The notes beneath the pieces were generated by a model. It did no database searches, was not told where the DNA came from, and worked only from the letters and a program-made list of their open reading frames with translations. The position numbers and the translations under genes were made by a program. Source: Phoronis australis (taxonomy: Eukaryota; Animalia; Phoronida). Taken from it: a DNA stretch of 64,000 nt. The stretch's first letter is position 1; the number at the start of each line of letters is the position of its first letter. Shown piece by piece: positions 50,101-62,873 of this stretch. The stretch spans positions 897,534 to 961,533 of the forward strand of contig NMRA01000030.1 of the NCBI GenBank assembly GCA_002633005.1, written 5' to 3'.

Positions 50101-52271
50101 ACAATAACTTTAAGAGGAAACGGGTAACCTTTAAAAGGCTGAAAACACTTAGTTTGCACGCTAAACCGTTGAAGAACATTAAAATTTTTTGAAGGTTAAG
50201 TACTTTTGCGTATGAAGTTTGTACACTTGCCTGTGAAAGACACCGGGTATAACTCACTTCGTAAAACATAGAACTTATCGTAAAACATAAAACTTCCTTG
50301 AGGGTCGCAAGGGCCAGTATTTATGCCACGTCTACATTGCGTTTTTGCAAAAACACGCGTTGGACGTGGAACTATTACAAGTACTAAAACGAAAATATAC
50401 AGCCTTACTGGTTTATTTACTGCACGACACCATACATCTCCATGCATCGTTTCTAATTATAAACAGAGCTGTGTTGGAAGTAGGTTACTAAGTAAGGGGG
50501 GTCCTTTCTTTTTTAGCTGTCGTGCAGGGGAGGTGTAGGCCCCCTAACTCCAACGCCTATGGGGGTATTCATACTAAATCGTCTTTGCTAAGGTTACATG
50601 CAAATGATTGAATATGAAGCCTTACAGTTTCCTCAAATCTGAGTTCAATAGCTATTTTTTCTCGTTTTCTGCCGATTAGACTCGACGACAATAACAAACA
50701 CAGGTACTGCCAATATAGATAAAATATCGGTTAGATGAAACTATTTCACGCAACTACGCGCCTGTTGTATATTTTCAGAATGGCTAACATCATGGCCTAC
50801 CAAGCGAAATAAGAAAACTAAGAAATAAAAACATTCCCGAATAACAAGACCATGACCCTGCATAAGCAAGCCTTCAACGTTGCATTAACACGCATTCGTC
50901 ATAAGTAAATCAGTAACAAAGCTTCATCCAGCCAATTTTGTTGTTACGAATACGAATAATTCTCAAGGTATGAAGAGCTGCCAAAAATTAATCTGAGTAG
51001 GGAACAAGTAAAAACACTAAGTGTGATGTTGAGTACAGCGGGTGTTTAGCAGGTATAATTAGAAGCAATTCTTTAGTGATGTACATATATTTCTTAAGGA
51101 TTTAACTGTAGGCAGCCATGTGCTTAGTTATGGGACTACTTAATTATTGAAAACATCTTTTAAACATGCAATTTGAAAGATAGGACTCCTGGCGTCGCCC
51201 TGCTTGACTTACCGGTATGTTTAAAGTCCTCACCAGTGAATGTGATGTGCGAGTGAAAAGACAACAAATATTTGAAATGTGATATTTATATTAAAATATT
51301 TACACTATGCCATGTACAACATCTTGGGTTATAACTGCAGTAAAAAATAGTATGAAGAAAAGTAACATAAAAAACTTGATCAGAATGAGTAATACAGTTG
51401 ACAACAGTTCCAAGTAAGAGGACTGTTGTAATAGTGTTAGTAGTCAGTAACTAGTGACCTTCTTATTATCTAACTCACATAGGCCTATCATTAAGTCACA
51501 TGTGGTTTAGTACACAGGTAGCTACTGTAAAATTTCATCAAACCAGGACACAATATAGGAAACACCAAAGAAAGGTTTCCTATTAAAGCATACCACAATG
51601 GGTTGAGAAAGTATGGATAACAACCAATCTTGACAATTAGTTTTGCTGGAAATTGATGAGAATTAACTTTAATAGCACACCTGCAGTAGTTTCTCATGTG
51701 ACTGGCCAGACCTCCAGCTTGTCACATGACTCATACTTCAACAGCCTTTTGAGAGCACTGACAAAAGCAGAAAAACAAAATAACCCAGAAAATCATTACT
51801 ATCAATTTTAGCTTTTGGCATCCTTCACTATTCAAAAGTCATTTTGACACTTTTTTCCTAATTAGAAGGAATGAAAATAATTGCATAAAACCAAGTTTGC
51901 TACAATCGACACAAGGTTTAGCTCACTAAGGTAAGTCTTTAAGGAGTTTTTTTTCATTGATTTGACTAAGATCATCAACTTGATGTAAGGCTATACAGTA
52001 AATTATCAAGTAACATAGTCCCACTTAGTCTAACCAAAGTTGGCATTTGTACAGGGACTATTCAAAACTGAAGCACAATCAGGCTACACAAATAACAAAT
52101 GACACTGAGCAGTTATAAACACACAATAGATTTTGAAATTAAAATATTTTCTACTCAAACTGAGTAACTTAAAAACTAAATTAATTTCTGTTTCCATAAT
52201 AGTTCAGAGACATCCAAGAGTATCTCACACAGCATGCTGTGCACAGCAATTTGAAGAGCACCAATATAACT

Positions 52272-52385
52272 AGGCCATGGGCCTTAGCTACACTCCTTTC
52301 ATTCTGTGGCCATGGGCCATAACTGCACTCCTTTCATTCTGTAGCCATGGGCCAGAGCTGCACTCCTTTCATTCTGTGGCCATGT
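52272..52385. repeat. ~36-bp minisatellite, 3 copies
   Basis: Unit gccatgggcc..ctgcactcctttcattctgtg. Confidence 0.9.
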
Positions 52386-52749
52386 CTGGGAGGCAACGTA
52401 CAGTACATCTAAGAATCTACACAGTGAACACCCTGTCATTGCATCACTTCACACTCCATTACTTAGAACGCATGAAGTTCACTGCCGCAGTCACAGTGCA
52501 TATCAAACACTGTATCCCTACACCAGCTCACTATCAAGTACTAAGAACACATGTAGTCAATGAGTCAGTTACAGGCTTTCAAGCAGTTTTAGGCAAAAAA
52601 GTAGGAAAAGAGTAGGACACATTTTCAAAAAAGTAGGAACTGTAAACTGAAAAGCAGGAAAAAGTAGAAACAAGAGCAGGCATTCAGGAGAAGTTTTCAA
52701 CAATACTTACCAATGACGTTCACCTCATGTCACAGGCAGTACTCACCAT

Positions 52750-55190
52750 AAGCTGGAGAGCCAGCAGGACTTCATTCACACTTTTGAGTGCAAAAGGTTT
52801 GACAGTGTAATTCTATTGTACATCATTTACCATTGAAGAAAAGGGGCATCTTAAGTTGCACAATCCTGGACTTAGGTATCTTGGAGGGGTCCAACAGAGG
52901 ACCCAAAAATCCAATTCATTAAAATTTTGAGTGCAAGATTCGTTACAAGTTTATTTCGTTCAAATCAACACTCAAAATTAATAAAATGATACAACATAAA
53001 ACACAAAAATGCCTGGGTTATTAATTAAGGTGCCTACTAATCATAATGACCAATTAATTATTCATTTAAACTTTTCAGTACATCAAAAATGTTTCTCCAT
53101 TAGATAGGTTATTAATTAAAGACCAATTAACAATTTCTTTAAACTTTTTAGTTTAGAAACTCTGGACACCACATCCACAGCTTAAGACTGGATTTTTCCT
53201 GGAGTTAGCAGATAACACGGGGGGTCTTGACCACAAGGGATAACAACTCCCCCAAAAATGAACTTGTGTAAAAGAGGAAATAAGACAATTTTGATTACTA
53301 CTATGGATAAAGCATATTTCAAATAAACAAAAACACAATTTACTCTCAAATACAAAAAATGAAACAAAAACTAAGTGAAGATACATCTGGTGTAACTAAA
53401 TAAGCTGACTTCAAATTAAAAGCTAAATTACTTGAAGCAGGTCTAGTGGCAACAAATGAAAGTACATGGGATTACGTTTCATACGATAAAACCGAAAATC
53501 AAAAGGGAATAATAATTATTCACTCTGCCGTAATTTAAATGCAAAGGTCGTCATCACTCTCTTTGCCAGATGATTACATTTCTCTTGGTAGAGGACAGCA
53601 ATCTTCTATCCATGTGAAATGGTAGTTCAGCTTCACACGGTGGAATACTGCTGCCCTCCATGCTTTTAAACTTCTCAAATGGACGTTTAGCGTAGACTTT
53701 CGATTGTAGGTTTTGTGGCCATATTGAACTGGTGCTTGTTGAGCCCTGCAAGATTTTGGTGACTTCATCTGTTGGGATATCGCGGCTCAAGGAAGCAAAA
53801 ACTCTCAGGAACTTATCATTTTTCGCCACGATTGCATATGGCCTGTTCTTTCCTTTCCTTACAAGTGCACACAGGTATAGTCACATCCACTGAACACATG
53901 TAGGCCTAAGAGTGCAGCTTGGCATATCGTAGTAGCAATCTTAGTTACTTTTAAATAATGCAGTTTGTCTTGTCCTCTAGTCCCAATCTCCATCCCCACC
54001 ATGGACGTAACTCAATGGACGTGGTGTAGGAGCAAAACTATAATATCGGTGTCAGAAACTCTTATGACAATGTCGCTTCCGAGTGATAACAATTTATAAA
54101 CAGAACTGATTCTGTGCATACTACCCCATCTTCAACGAAGTACCAAGTGAACTCTCACATCACTTCCATCTTGAAGCAGACTGCTGAAGTTGCTTGGCCA
54201 ATCCTTAGTGAGAAAGACAGGTAGCTCTCGTTTCAATGACTCCTTCTCGAGTTGTTTCTTGAAACTAGTCTCTTCTCTGCTCGGAGCCTTCTTTAACAAG
54301 TTCCCCTACTACAACAGGGTCTTATTGTCCATCAGGGTCAAACACCCCCTGTCTTATCTACAAACCCCAAGAAAATTACATCTTAAGCTGTGAATATGGT
54401 GTCCAAGGTTACTAACTAGCTTTTGGGAAAAGAATTTATGTTGCCCTTAATCATTTAAAGTGGAACTTGCACGGAAATTCCTTATTTCTGTGATTGCTTC
54501 GTCAAACTTGTTAGAAACACAACATATAGCGACCATGTGAATACGCAGTACATTGAAAATTGCCAAATGCTTTTAGGACCGAGTTTTGTGTCGAAAATGA
54601 TCTGCAAACACTGCTTTAAATAAATTGTGTATTGGTAATTAATTAATAAGGGTCTTATTTAATAACACAAGGATATTTTGTGTCTTAAGTTGTATTTATG
54701 TCAATTTCAAATAATGTTTTACCCATAGTAGTAATCAAAATTTTCTTATTTCCTCTTTTATAGAAGTTCATTTTTGGGATCTTGTTATCCCTTAGGGTCC
54801 AAACACTCCCGTCTTATCTGCAAACTCCAGAAAAAAATGGCGTCTTAAGTTGTGGATATGGTGTCCAGAGTTACTAAACTATCTTTTAGAAAAAGAATTT
54901 TTGTTTCACTTAAAAGTTGAAATAAATTGTTAATTGATCATCAGTTAGTAGGCATCTTAATTAATAACCCCAGGCATTTTCATTTCTTAAGTTACATCAT
55001 TTTAATTGGACTGGTGATTTGAATGAAATAAACTTGAAACAGATGTTGCACTCGAAATTTGCTCATAGACCATGCACCAGGATTGTGCAACTTAACACGT
55101 CCTTTACCTTCAATGATAGGTAATATACTAGAATTACGAACTCAAACGTTTTACACTCAAAAGTGTGAAGTCCTGCTGGCTCTCCCACCA
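52750..55190 (-). mobile_element. Decayed Academ-like DNA transposon with long (~500-600 bp) imperfect TIRs
   Basis: ggagagccagcaggacttca..cacttttgagtg at the left end and its reverse complement at 55155-55186; inverted similarity extends to ~53340 and ~54690; internal XPG-like peptide remnants. Confidence 0.75.
53554..54080 (-). pseudogene. Fragment of an XPG/PIN-like nuclease domain of an Academ-type transposase
   Basis: Minus-strand peptides DIVIRVSDTDIIVLLLHH, CQAALLGLHVFSGCDYTCALVRKGKNRP and SIPPCEAEL, disrupted by stops and deletions. Confidence 0.75.
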
Positions 55191-55540
55191 CACAGTTTTA
55201 GGTTAGCATCGCTTGTGATGGGGGAAGTCCTTCATGTGCTGTTCCTGATATCCTAAAACGACTACTCACTACTCCAAAAATAACTTATATTAGACAGAAA
55301 TTTAGAGCAGCTAGAAAAAAGTAGAAAAAAGTTGGAACAGTAGGAACGCTTGAAAGCCTACAGTTACAGTTAATATCAAACGCTGAATCCCTACACCAAG
55401 TGCTAGGAACACATGTAGTGATTGTGTCAGTTACAGCTCATATCAAACATTATATCTGTACACCAGCTCACTATCAAGTACTAAGAACACGTGGTTTCTG
55501 GGCCACTGTCACTTAATTTGCTTCATCAACTGTGAGGAAG

Positions 55541-55705
55541 TCACATGTCATTCTTGTCTGGGTCATGTTTCGCCACCACAGCCTGCTTCCGACTAGCAGC
55601 GTAGTGCTGTGTGGCCAGTAGAATCCTTTTTTCACACATTCGAAGCTGAACGGCCAATTTCTTGTGATGAGAGATATCAGTACTGTCTAACAACTTGAGG
55701 TCATC
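55541..55705 (-). CDS. SETD3: SETD3 last coding exon
   Basis: tttcag|GATGAC...ATG TGA; encodes DDLKLLDSTDISHHKKLAVQLRMCEKRILLATQHYAASRKQAVVAKHDPDKNDM*. Confidence 0.92.
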   Translation of the reverse strand, partial: DDLKLLDSTDISHHKKLAVQLRMCEKRILLATQHYAASRKQAVVAKHDPDKNDM

Positions 55706-58700
55706 CTGAAATTCACAAGAAATAAATATGATCAGCCCTTAACCTCTTCGTTCATACCTTCACGTCCCAGCACAGTGATAAGTCCATAACCAATTATCAT
55801 CTTTCTACAACAAGCATCAAGTGAGTTTGACAGGATTGTTTTCATTGAATACACCCTTCCCTTCCTCAATTACCTTTAATCAAATATGTTCACCAAGGTG
55901 ATTACCTATCAACTAACAACACTGTGATTCTTTACAGCTTCCTGACAAATTTTGTATCAGTCCATGAGACAAGAGTTACAGCTCGTTAACAATTTCTCTT
56001 ATTCTTATTACTCCGTTGGATTTAATAGTTAGGCATTTACAACTTTGCACATTGCATGTTACTGATATCTTGGATTGCTACTTTGCACACTGTACATCAC
56101 TGATATCTTGGATTACCACGACTTTGCAAACTATACGTCACTGATATCTTGGATTGCTACTTTGCACATTGCATGTCACTGGTATCCTAGATTGCTAATT
56201 TGCACATTGCATGTCACTGATATCTTGGATTGCTACTTTGTACACTATACGTCACTGATATCTTAGATTACCACGACTTTGCAAACTATACGTCACTGAT
56301 ATCTTGGATTGCTACTTTGTACATTGTATGTCACTGATAGCTTGGATTGCTACTTTGCACATTGCATTTCACTGGTATCCTAGATTGCTAATTTGCACAT
56401 TGCATGTCACTGATATCTTGGATTGCTATTTTGTACATTGTATGTCACTGACATCCTGGATTACTTCCTGTTTTGAAATATAATAAACACAAAGAAAACA
56501 GCCCTCATTTTACATCTGCTCAAACTTCGTTGAAAACACGGTTATTTGAAAGCTTGATACTGATTCAATCATAGTGTTGGAACAATCTTCTTTCTTCAGG
56601 TATGAATGAACTTTCGAAGCAGAAAATTGTTGTAAAGAAACTTACTACAGGGCTTGGAATGACCCATGTCAAAAAAGAGGAAATTTTTACCGCCCTAACT
56701 ACACATTTCAATCTAAACCATACCTCAACAGATCGAAAGTAAACATTATTATCACAAGATGCCCTCTTAATGTGTCGTGTTGGCAAAACGCACTCATCTT
56801 GAGCAGTACCTGATATCTATTTCAGCAACAACAATGAAGGCAATTAGATGCAACAAAAATATTTTTTAAAATTAAAAAATAATTATAATGATGAAAAATT
56901 TGCAGTATGAGTGGCAGGAGCTTATTCTTGATTTGCTGCAGGGAGACCTATAGGCTTAAAATTATTTTCAATTCTTATAATTAAGATATAAAATTACAAA
57001 AACAAAAAAAAATTGTAAATCGATCCAAAGATTATATGGAAAGCCTGAAATACATAAACATTTTTTTTTGAAATTAAAATTCCAAAAAATTAATCAAAAC
57101 GCAAATTGAAAAAAGTCGAGACGAAATCCTGTGGCTCATACCCAACTGCATGGAAAAATGAAAGTAAAAACACATTTTAAACTACAGCCTGCATCAACCA
57201 CAATCTTAAATTGGCAACACTTTTCAGTTTCAAACAGTAATTACAGGCGTTAATTGTTCATAAGCCACGCTGGTGTAGAAGAAACTATGTGACATACGAA
57301 ATAACTACCAGGACACTGAAAATAGGCTGGCGGAATTTGACCAATCAGATCATTCAGAACCTGTCACGTGATCACTTCTCTCGAATTGCAAAACTCGAGT
57401 CACAAAATAGAACACGAAAAATGTCAAAATAAATTGAAATACATAAACGGCAATTTAAAATACATTTGCAGTAAAGAAAATAGCACTTTGTATCCCGTTT
57501 CGGCTGCACGCAGAAAATCGCACTCAGATGGTCAGGCCTAGCACTAGCAGCCAACGACAACAGGCGTGCAGGTGGGATCAACCAAAAGAATTTCATACAT
57601 CACTCACATGCCACGATTCCAATGCAATGAATAACTGGTTACAGTTGAATTTCATTTCAGGAAGCGTTGTTATTTCTAGCGTTTCATCGTTTTCAGTCGG
57701 TCCTCTGATTCCGACTTAGTCCAAGGCGACTCCGCCAAGCACTCTGTAATTGTTCCTCTCTCAAAGTTTACTGAGCACAAACGTTGACTTATGTTATTTG
57801 TGAAGACATTGACCGTTTCTTTTATCCACTTTGTCCACGAAATATTCTGTCTACTCCATGCTCCACGCATTTTTGACCGCAGAATCGCACTATTTGTCAC
57901 CGCGACATTATACCAAATGCAGACGCCTTTGATGAACCACGCTATCCCAGGCACAGGCGCTTGAATTTATTTGTTCCTCAATTGCCGCTGACATCACTCC
58001 CTACTAAGAAAACATGTTTCTTATATGTGGTTACGAGTCATTGGGAATTTCGAGCGCCTGTGAGCCGCAAGTACAGTTTTCGTTCCTCCGAAACATAAAG
58101 AGCAGTTTCCGCTTTTCGAGTCGTCTGCAACGCCGCGGTGAGAAACCAGTTTGCCACGATAATTTTATGGCAAATCCAATTTTTTCTGCGGAAATATAAC
58201 GAAACTACGGGGAGGGAATAAAAGAAAAAAGCGGAAATCCGTGTTTCCGCAGAAAATTCCAAGCCTTGTTACTACATCGGTGTACACCTGAAGAAAGGAA
58301 ATGGTTCCAACAGTAAGAGTGAATCAGTATGAAGCTTTCCATGTTTTTAAAAAGTTTGGGTAAACAAAGAGCTACTACCAAACTATACCAATTTTGCTAT
58401 GGTAAACCACTGCCCAAGATTTGGTAGAAAGTTATAAGAGTGCCTTGTTTGGATCTCAACATGTCCATTTATGTTGTCAATGTCTTGCTCTACATTAATC
58501 AACATAGAAACACGATGGTTATAATTTTGCTAAGAACTCACATGTATGTGCACAAGATTTAAGATTTCATTACAGCAAAATCACAGCATTAGACACATAA
58601 GTAAGTAGTAAAAAATACTGCATAAAAACACCGTCTCAACTAAAAACACCAAGCTACCAATAGCAAAATCACACAGGCACGCATGCACGAACACACACAC

Positions 58701-61700
58701 ACACACACTTACACACACACACACACACCACATATGCTTTACTGTATATTGCTAGCACCACGTATGCTTTACTGTATATTGCTAGCACCACGTATGCTTT
58801 ACTGTATATTGCTGGTGCACCACATATGCTTTACTGTATATTGCTAGCACCACAATGCTTTACTGTATCATACTAGCACCACGTATGCTTTACTGTAAAT
58901 TGCTAACACTATGTATGCTTTACTGTATATTGCTAGCATCACATATGCTTTACTGTATATTGCTAGCACCACATATGCTTTCACCTATTGTGCCAAAGTT
59001 GGCAATACAGTCCTAAGTACTGACATCTCATCACTTCATCCAGAAAATGGAAATCATTTCTAACACTGGTAAGGAACAAGCCAAGGTCAACTTCATTTCA
59101 GCAAGTAGTTCCAATTCCCAAATCCCAAAATAATAGCTCTACATTTGCAGGGCCAGAAAATTTTTTTGTATGATTGACCTTGTCTTCAACAAGTGAAGAA
59201 TGTTTCATCATACATCAGTTAGCTTATATATTTGTTAATGTCTTCAAAGCAACTGACTGTGCAGCAGTAAAAGTTACTTCAAACCACAATGACAACTGGC
59301 GCACTAACTTTAATGTAAAGTAGTGACTAGTACAGCAACAGTATACAAGTCTGGGCCAAGAGACATGTGCAGCATTGTGGGTAAACAGAGAGGACACTGT
59401 AGTATTGCATGAAGTAAATACTGAATATCTCCAAGAATGAGTGTTAAGTAACTCACCTCGTAAGAAGACACATAGGCTTTGAGCAACAGAGTGGCCCTTA
59501 TTTCAAGAAATGACCATGCCTTTATTTCATTGTCTTTGTTTATGATTGAATCAATATCGGCAAGTTGAGCCTTGAGTTGGTCAGTATTGCACGCAGAGAG
59601 ACATCCAATCAGATTATCTAGAATATGGACAATCATGGCTGACCTCAAAACAATTTACATGAGCCCATATCCAAAAGCACATATAAAAACATGTAAACAG
59701 ACCACTTGAATTACAATTTATGAATCGATAAGTACTCAAAATTCCTTAATTACTCTACTCGTGCAGCTCAATACCATCGTTGTTCTTATCGTCCTACCAA
59801 CAATTTTAACAATTTCATTTTTGAATGCTTATGTTGAGTTAGGTAGTGCGCAGCTCATCAGTCACCCCGAACTTCTGCGTTTCTCAATTAAATTGCAAGC
59901 CTCTAAAGACACAGGCAAATCTTTATCGACAAAATACGACCATAAATTCTATAAGTAACCCAATTACATCCAAAAAGTCAACAAACCTTGGCTCATTTGA
60001 AAGACTCTGAGAAATACTAATAGATCACTGTCTACAGGAAGCTGACCGCAGTGAAGTAGAAATGTCCCAGAAGATGGCAGGCCAAGCTTGTTGAGTACTT
60101 CAGTCTTTTGCACATACAAGCTGTCATTTTTGCTGATTCCTAAAATGAGAATTTAAATATTACAACACAGGATAAGTCATGGTTATTGAGAACTTCATGG
60201 ATAACGAAAATGTTGCAATTTCATAGACATCTGACTCACATTCTTTAAAATAATGCAGGATCAAGAAAAACGTCCAAATTTAGATAACTTCAGAATATTT
60301 CTCAGATATGGTCAATTCATGTGAAACTTTCAGATCTATTATTCATTATGCACTGGAATTGTTTTTAAAATCATTCATTTTTGCATAAAAAATGTGACTA
60401 TCATAAATTTCGTGTAAAAATGAAAAGTTGCATGAAACAAAAATGGAATTATAACTTAAAAAACTGCGCCAGTGTTTTTGAGATTTCATTTTGAATGAAA
60501 TTTGGTCACTTTATTGATACCTTCCTTTGTTGTTGCAAAATTTTGCAAAATATGGTCACGTGACCTTATCAACAACATATTGGTGTAAAGTAAAAAAAAA
60601 CTACAAAAAGCTTTCTGCTTTCATAAAATATGTACTTTTATTGAGTTAAATTGCATAATTTAGAAGATATTTGACTGAACGCATAGATTTTTAATAAGGT
60701 CTTCAATAACATAAATCGCAATTACCACGATATGCTCAAGAAAACCAGTTTCCTACTGCACCATCATTAGACCAGGGATCTCTCAAAAACACAAATTAGA
60801 AGCTGTGAAAAGTCATCACACCGTTGTGAAACAAAAAATGACAAAAATTGTATTAGTCACGTAAAATTATACTGAACAAGGTTTTATAAAATGTCATGTA
60901 TAATAGGAAATATTCCACAGTTAGAGCCTCACTTTATGACGACAGACAATTGGCAGCAGATCTAGAACAGCAATACAGGATGAATTCTCTTAAGAGGTTT
61001 TTCATTTAGGGCAACAATTGTTGTTTGTTTATCATATTTCTCAAAAAGAAGATAGCCATTATGTTTTACTTAGACCTTTCTAAGACAGATGCAAACTGAA
61101 GGAAAAAGGGTAAACATGCTCCAAATAGTTCTGATAGTAAACATACTGCATAATGTTCTCATATGATTCAACTTGTACCCAATAACCTCAACAGCGACAA
61201 GTCTAAGTCAATTATTCCATGAACTTAATTCACTTATAACATTAATTGCTCAGGTAATTCCATGCAGAAGACATCAAAATTTAACAACTAATTGAATATC
61301 CTGCCCATGGTAACACTGAAGTCTTTGATCCAGCAACTAGTACATTTAATTACACGCAACAGTATTACATCAGATGAAGTACTCTTTACATCTTAGCAGA
61401 CTCCAAATACTACAAACTGAAGGAAGTGATTGCACATGAGACAAGAAGTACTAACTAGACGAGAAGTACTAATGAGACGACAAGTACTAACAAGCTGAAA
61501 GAGTTTAATAGCAGAGTATTACAACACCAAAACTGCATAATCCGTGCAAATACTCTCCAGCTTGAACCACTGAACGAAACACTTTATTCTATAGAGACCA
61601 GGGACTGAGATCAACAAATCACAAGGCATGTTTCAAATAAAAATCAGATTTTACACCATGTAAATTGTTAATTTTCAACTGAAGGCAACTCTTGAGTAAA

Positions 61701-62873
61701 GCTACATGAATGCATGATGCAGCAGTTACTTTGTATAATTAACATAGCATCTCATTAAAACATGGCCCATAAAGCAGTTTTGTGTCTCATGTTTCACACA
61801 GTAATGGTTAATTAATTTATGGTTCCATCAAAACCACTTTTGGTGCAAGCTCTAAGACCGTCACAAAACTTAGTGGCACCAGGGTGACGGTATATGAACA
61901 AAAACAACAACATAATATCAACAGATCAATAACACCATCCTGAACCATTCACACAATGTCGTAACTTGCAGGTCGTTTCATTAGAAATAAACATTGACCT
62001 TGCAACAAGAAGTGCAATAATGTGGAGTAATGTCCCGCATAGAGGTGCATGTGCCTAAGTTCTGCAATTAAGAGCATGCGATGCTTTGGTTAAAGGTGTA
62101 TCTTAACTTTTTCAAAAATACTCAACTGAACCTTTTCATTTGACACAGCATGTGCCTAAGTTGCACAGTTAGGCACAACTCCACAGTTAGGCACAACTCT
62201 ACAATAAGGCACAACTCCACAATTAGGCACATGCACTCAACTACATGGCTATACACTCAGTAAGCTTCAAACTGGAAAAAATCAAGTTAGTGGCAATGAC
62301 TCTCCTTGTTGAAGCTATTAATGAACTCCATTTGATGAATTCTTTAATGTGTAAATAGAAATGCTAAGTTGCTGGATTTAAAAAATTGAAACAAAGTACT
62401 ACACCAAACCATGAACCAAAGCAGCATTGTTCACACATGGCAGTAGACAGGACTTAAAGTCAAGAAAACTGTTGTGTGAATGATCACTGCAACAGATTTC
62501 CCGCTAAGTAAAAAGTGCTGAAAGCCAGCAGCCCACCATACAATGTACAAGGCACTGAAGGCCAGCAGACAAGCATACACTGTACAAAGTGCTAAAAGCC
62601 AACAGGCTAGCATACAATTTACACAGCACTAAAAGCCAGCAGCCTAGCATACAATGTTGCGGCGAAGTAAAGACTAAACAGACAAGCACAGTACAAACCT
62701 AGTTTTATTTTCAGACAGTCGTTTTCATTCTCAGCATACACAAAGCCGCTGTGCAGAAAGAAGTCGGCATTTGACCTCCTGCCATAAAACATGTCCACCT
62801 GTTGGCCAGGTGCGAAGTCACGCTGTGCATAGCAAGCAATGCAGTCTTTGTCCAAGTCAAAATCAGTCGTCAT
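55541..62873 (-). CDS. SETD3: SETD3 actin-histidine N-methyltransferase, 5'-partial; complement(join(55541..55705,59457..59617,59987..60139,62699..62873))
   Basis: Peptide MTTDFDLDKDCIACYAQRDFAPGQQVDMFYGRRSNADFFLHSGFVY..DCLKIKLG-ISKNDSLYVQKTEVL..LLVFLRVFQM-..DNEIKAWSFLEIRATLLLKAY-..LAVQLRMCEKRIL matches the end of the SET domain and the Rubisco-LSMT substrate-binding domain of SETD3. Junctions are GT-AG and in phase. Confidence 0.94.
56045..56463. repeat. ~37-bp minisatellite in a SETD3 intron
   Basis: Unit tttgcacattgcatgtcactgatatcttggattgctac, about 11 copies. Confidence 0.95.
56525..58350. mobile_element. Penelope-like inverted-arm element (arms ~56525-56605 and ~58280-58350) interrupted by the hAT-like element
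   Basis: Both arms read acctgaagaaag(g/a)a..gttccaaca..gaatcagtat..aagcttt outward; related to 34950-35040. Confidence 0.65.
56648..58268. mobile_element. 1.6-kb non-autonomous hAT-like element with 6-bp TSD (ttacta); longer relative of the 24004 MITE
   Basis: TIR CAGGGCTTGGAAT / ATTCCAAGCCTTG; ttacta at 56642-56647 and 58269-58274. Confidence 0.9.
58692..58982. repeat. (CA)n followed by a 29-bp minisatellite (gcaccacgtatgctttactgtatattgcta)n
   Basis: About 9 copies. Confidence 0.93.
59457..59617 (-). CDS. SETD3: SETD3 exon
   Basis: ttctag|ATAAT...TACGAG|gtgagt; encodes NLIGCLSACNTDQLKAQLADIDSIINKDNEIKAWSFLEIRATLLLKAYVSSYE. Confidence 0.88.
59987..60139 (-). CDS. SETD3: SETD3 exon
   Basis: ttttag|GAATC...CAAG|gtttgt; encodes ISKNDSLYVQKTEVLNKLGLPSSGTFLLHCGQLPVDSDLLVFLRVFQMSQ. 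Confidence 0.93.
62510..62698. repeat. ~37-bp degenerate minisatellite starting at a SETD3 splice donor
   Basis: Unit gcactaaaagccagcagcctagcatacaat(g/t)taca, about 5 copies. Confidence 0.8.
62699..62873 (-). CDS. SETD3: SETD3 exon
   Basis: ttctag|ATGACG...CTAG|gtttgt; 175 nt. Confidence 0.94.

Larger units (their letters stand above)
52572..55360. mobile_element. hAT-like MITE (6-bp TSD cagtta) split by an Academ-like insertion
   Basis: TIR CAGGCTTTCAAGC / GCTTGAAAGCCTA; cagtta at 52566-52571 and 55361-55366; aaaagtagga subrepeats in both halves. Confidence 0.8.

Noticed and set aside
55526-55543. Stop-codon readthrough or selenocysteine at the SETD3 TGA
   Set aside because: Context is TGA-CTT, not TGA-CTAG; two further TGA codons follow four codons later; no SECIS recognised
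57676-57954. 92-aa ORF inside the 1.6-kb hAT-like element, possibly a BED-finger remnant
   Set aside because: I could not reconstruct a convincing CxxC..H..H pattern; needs blastx
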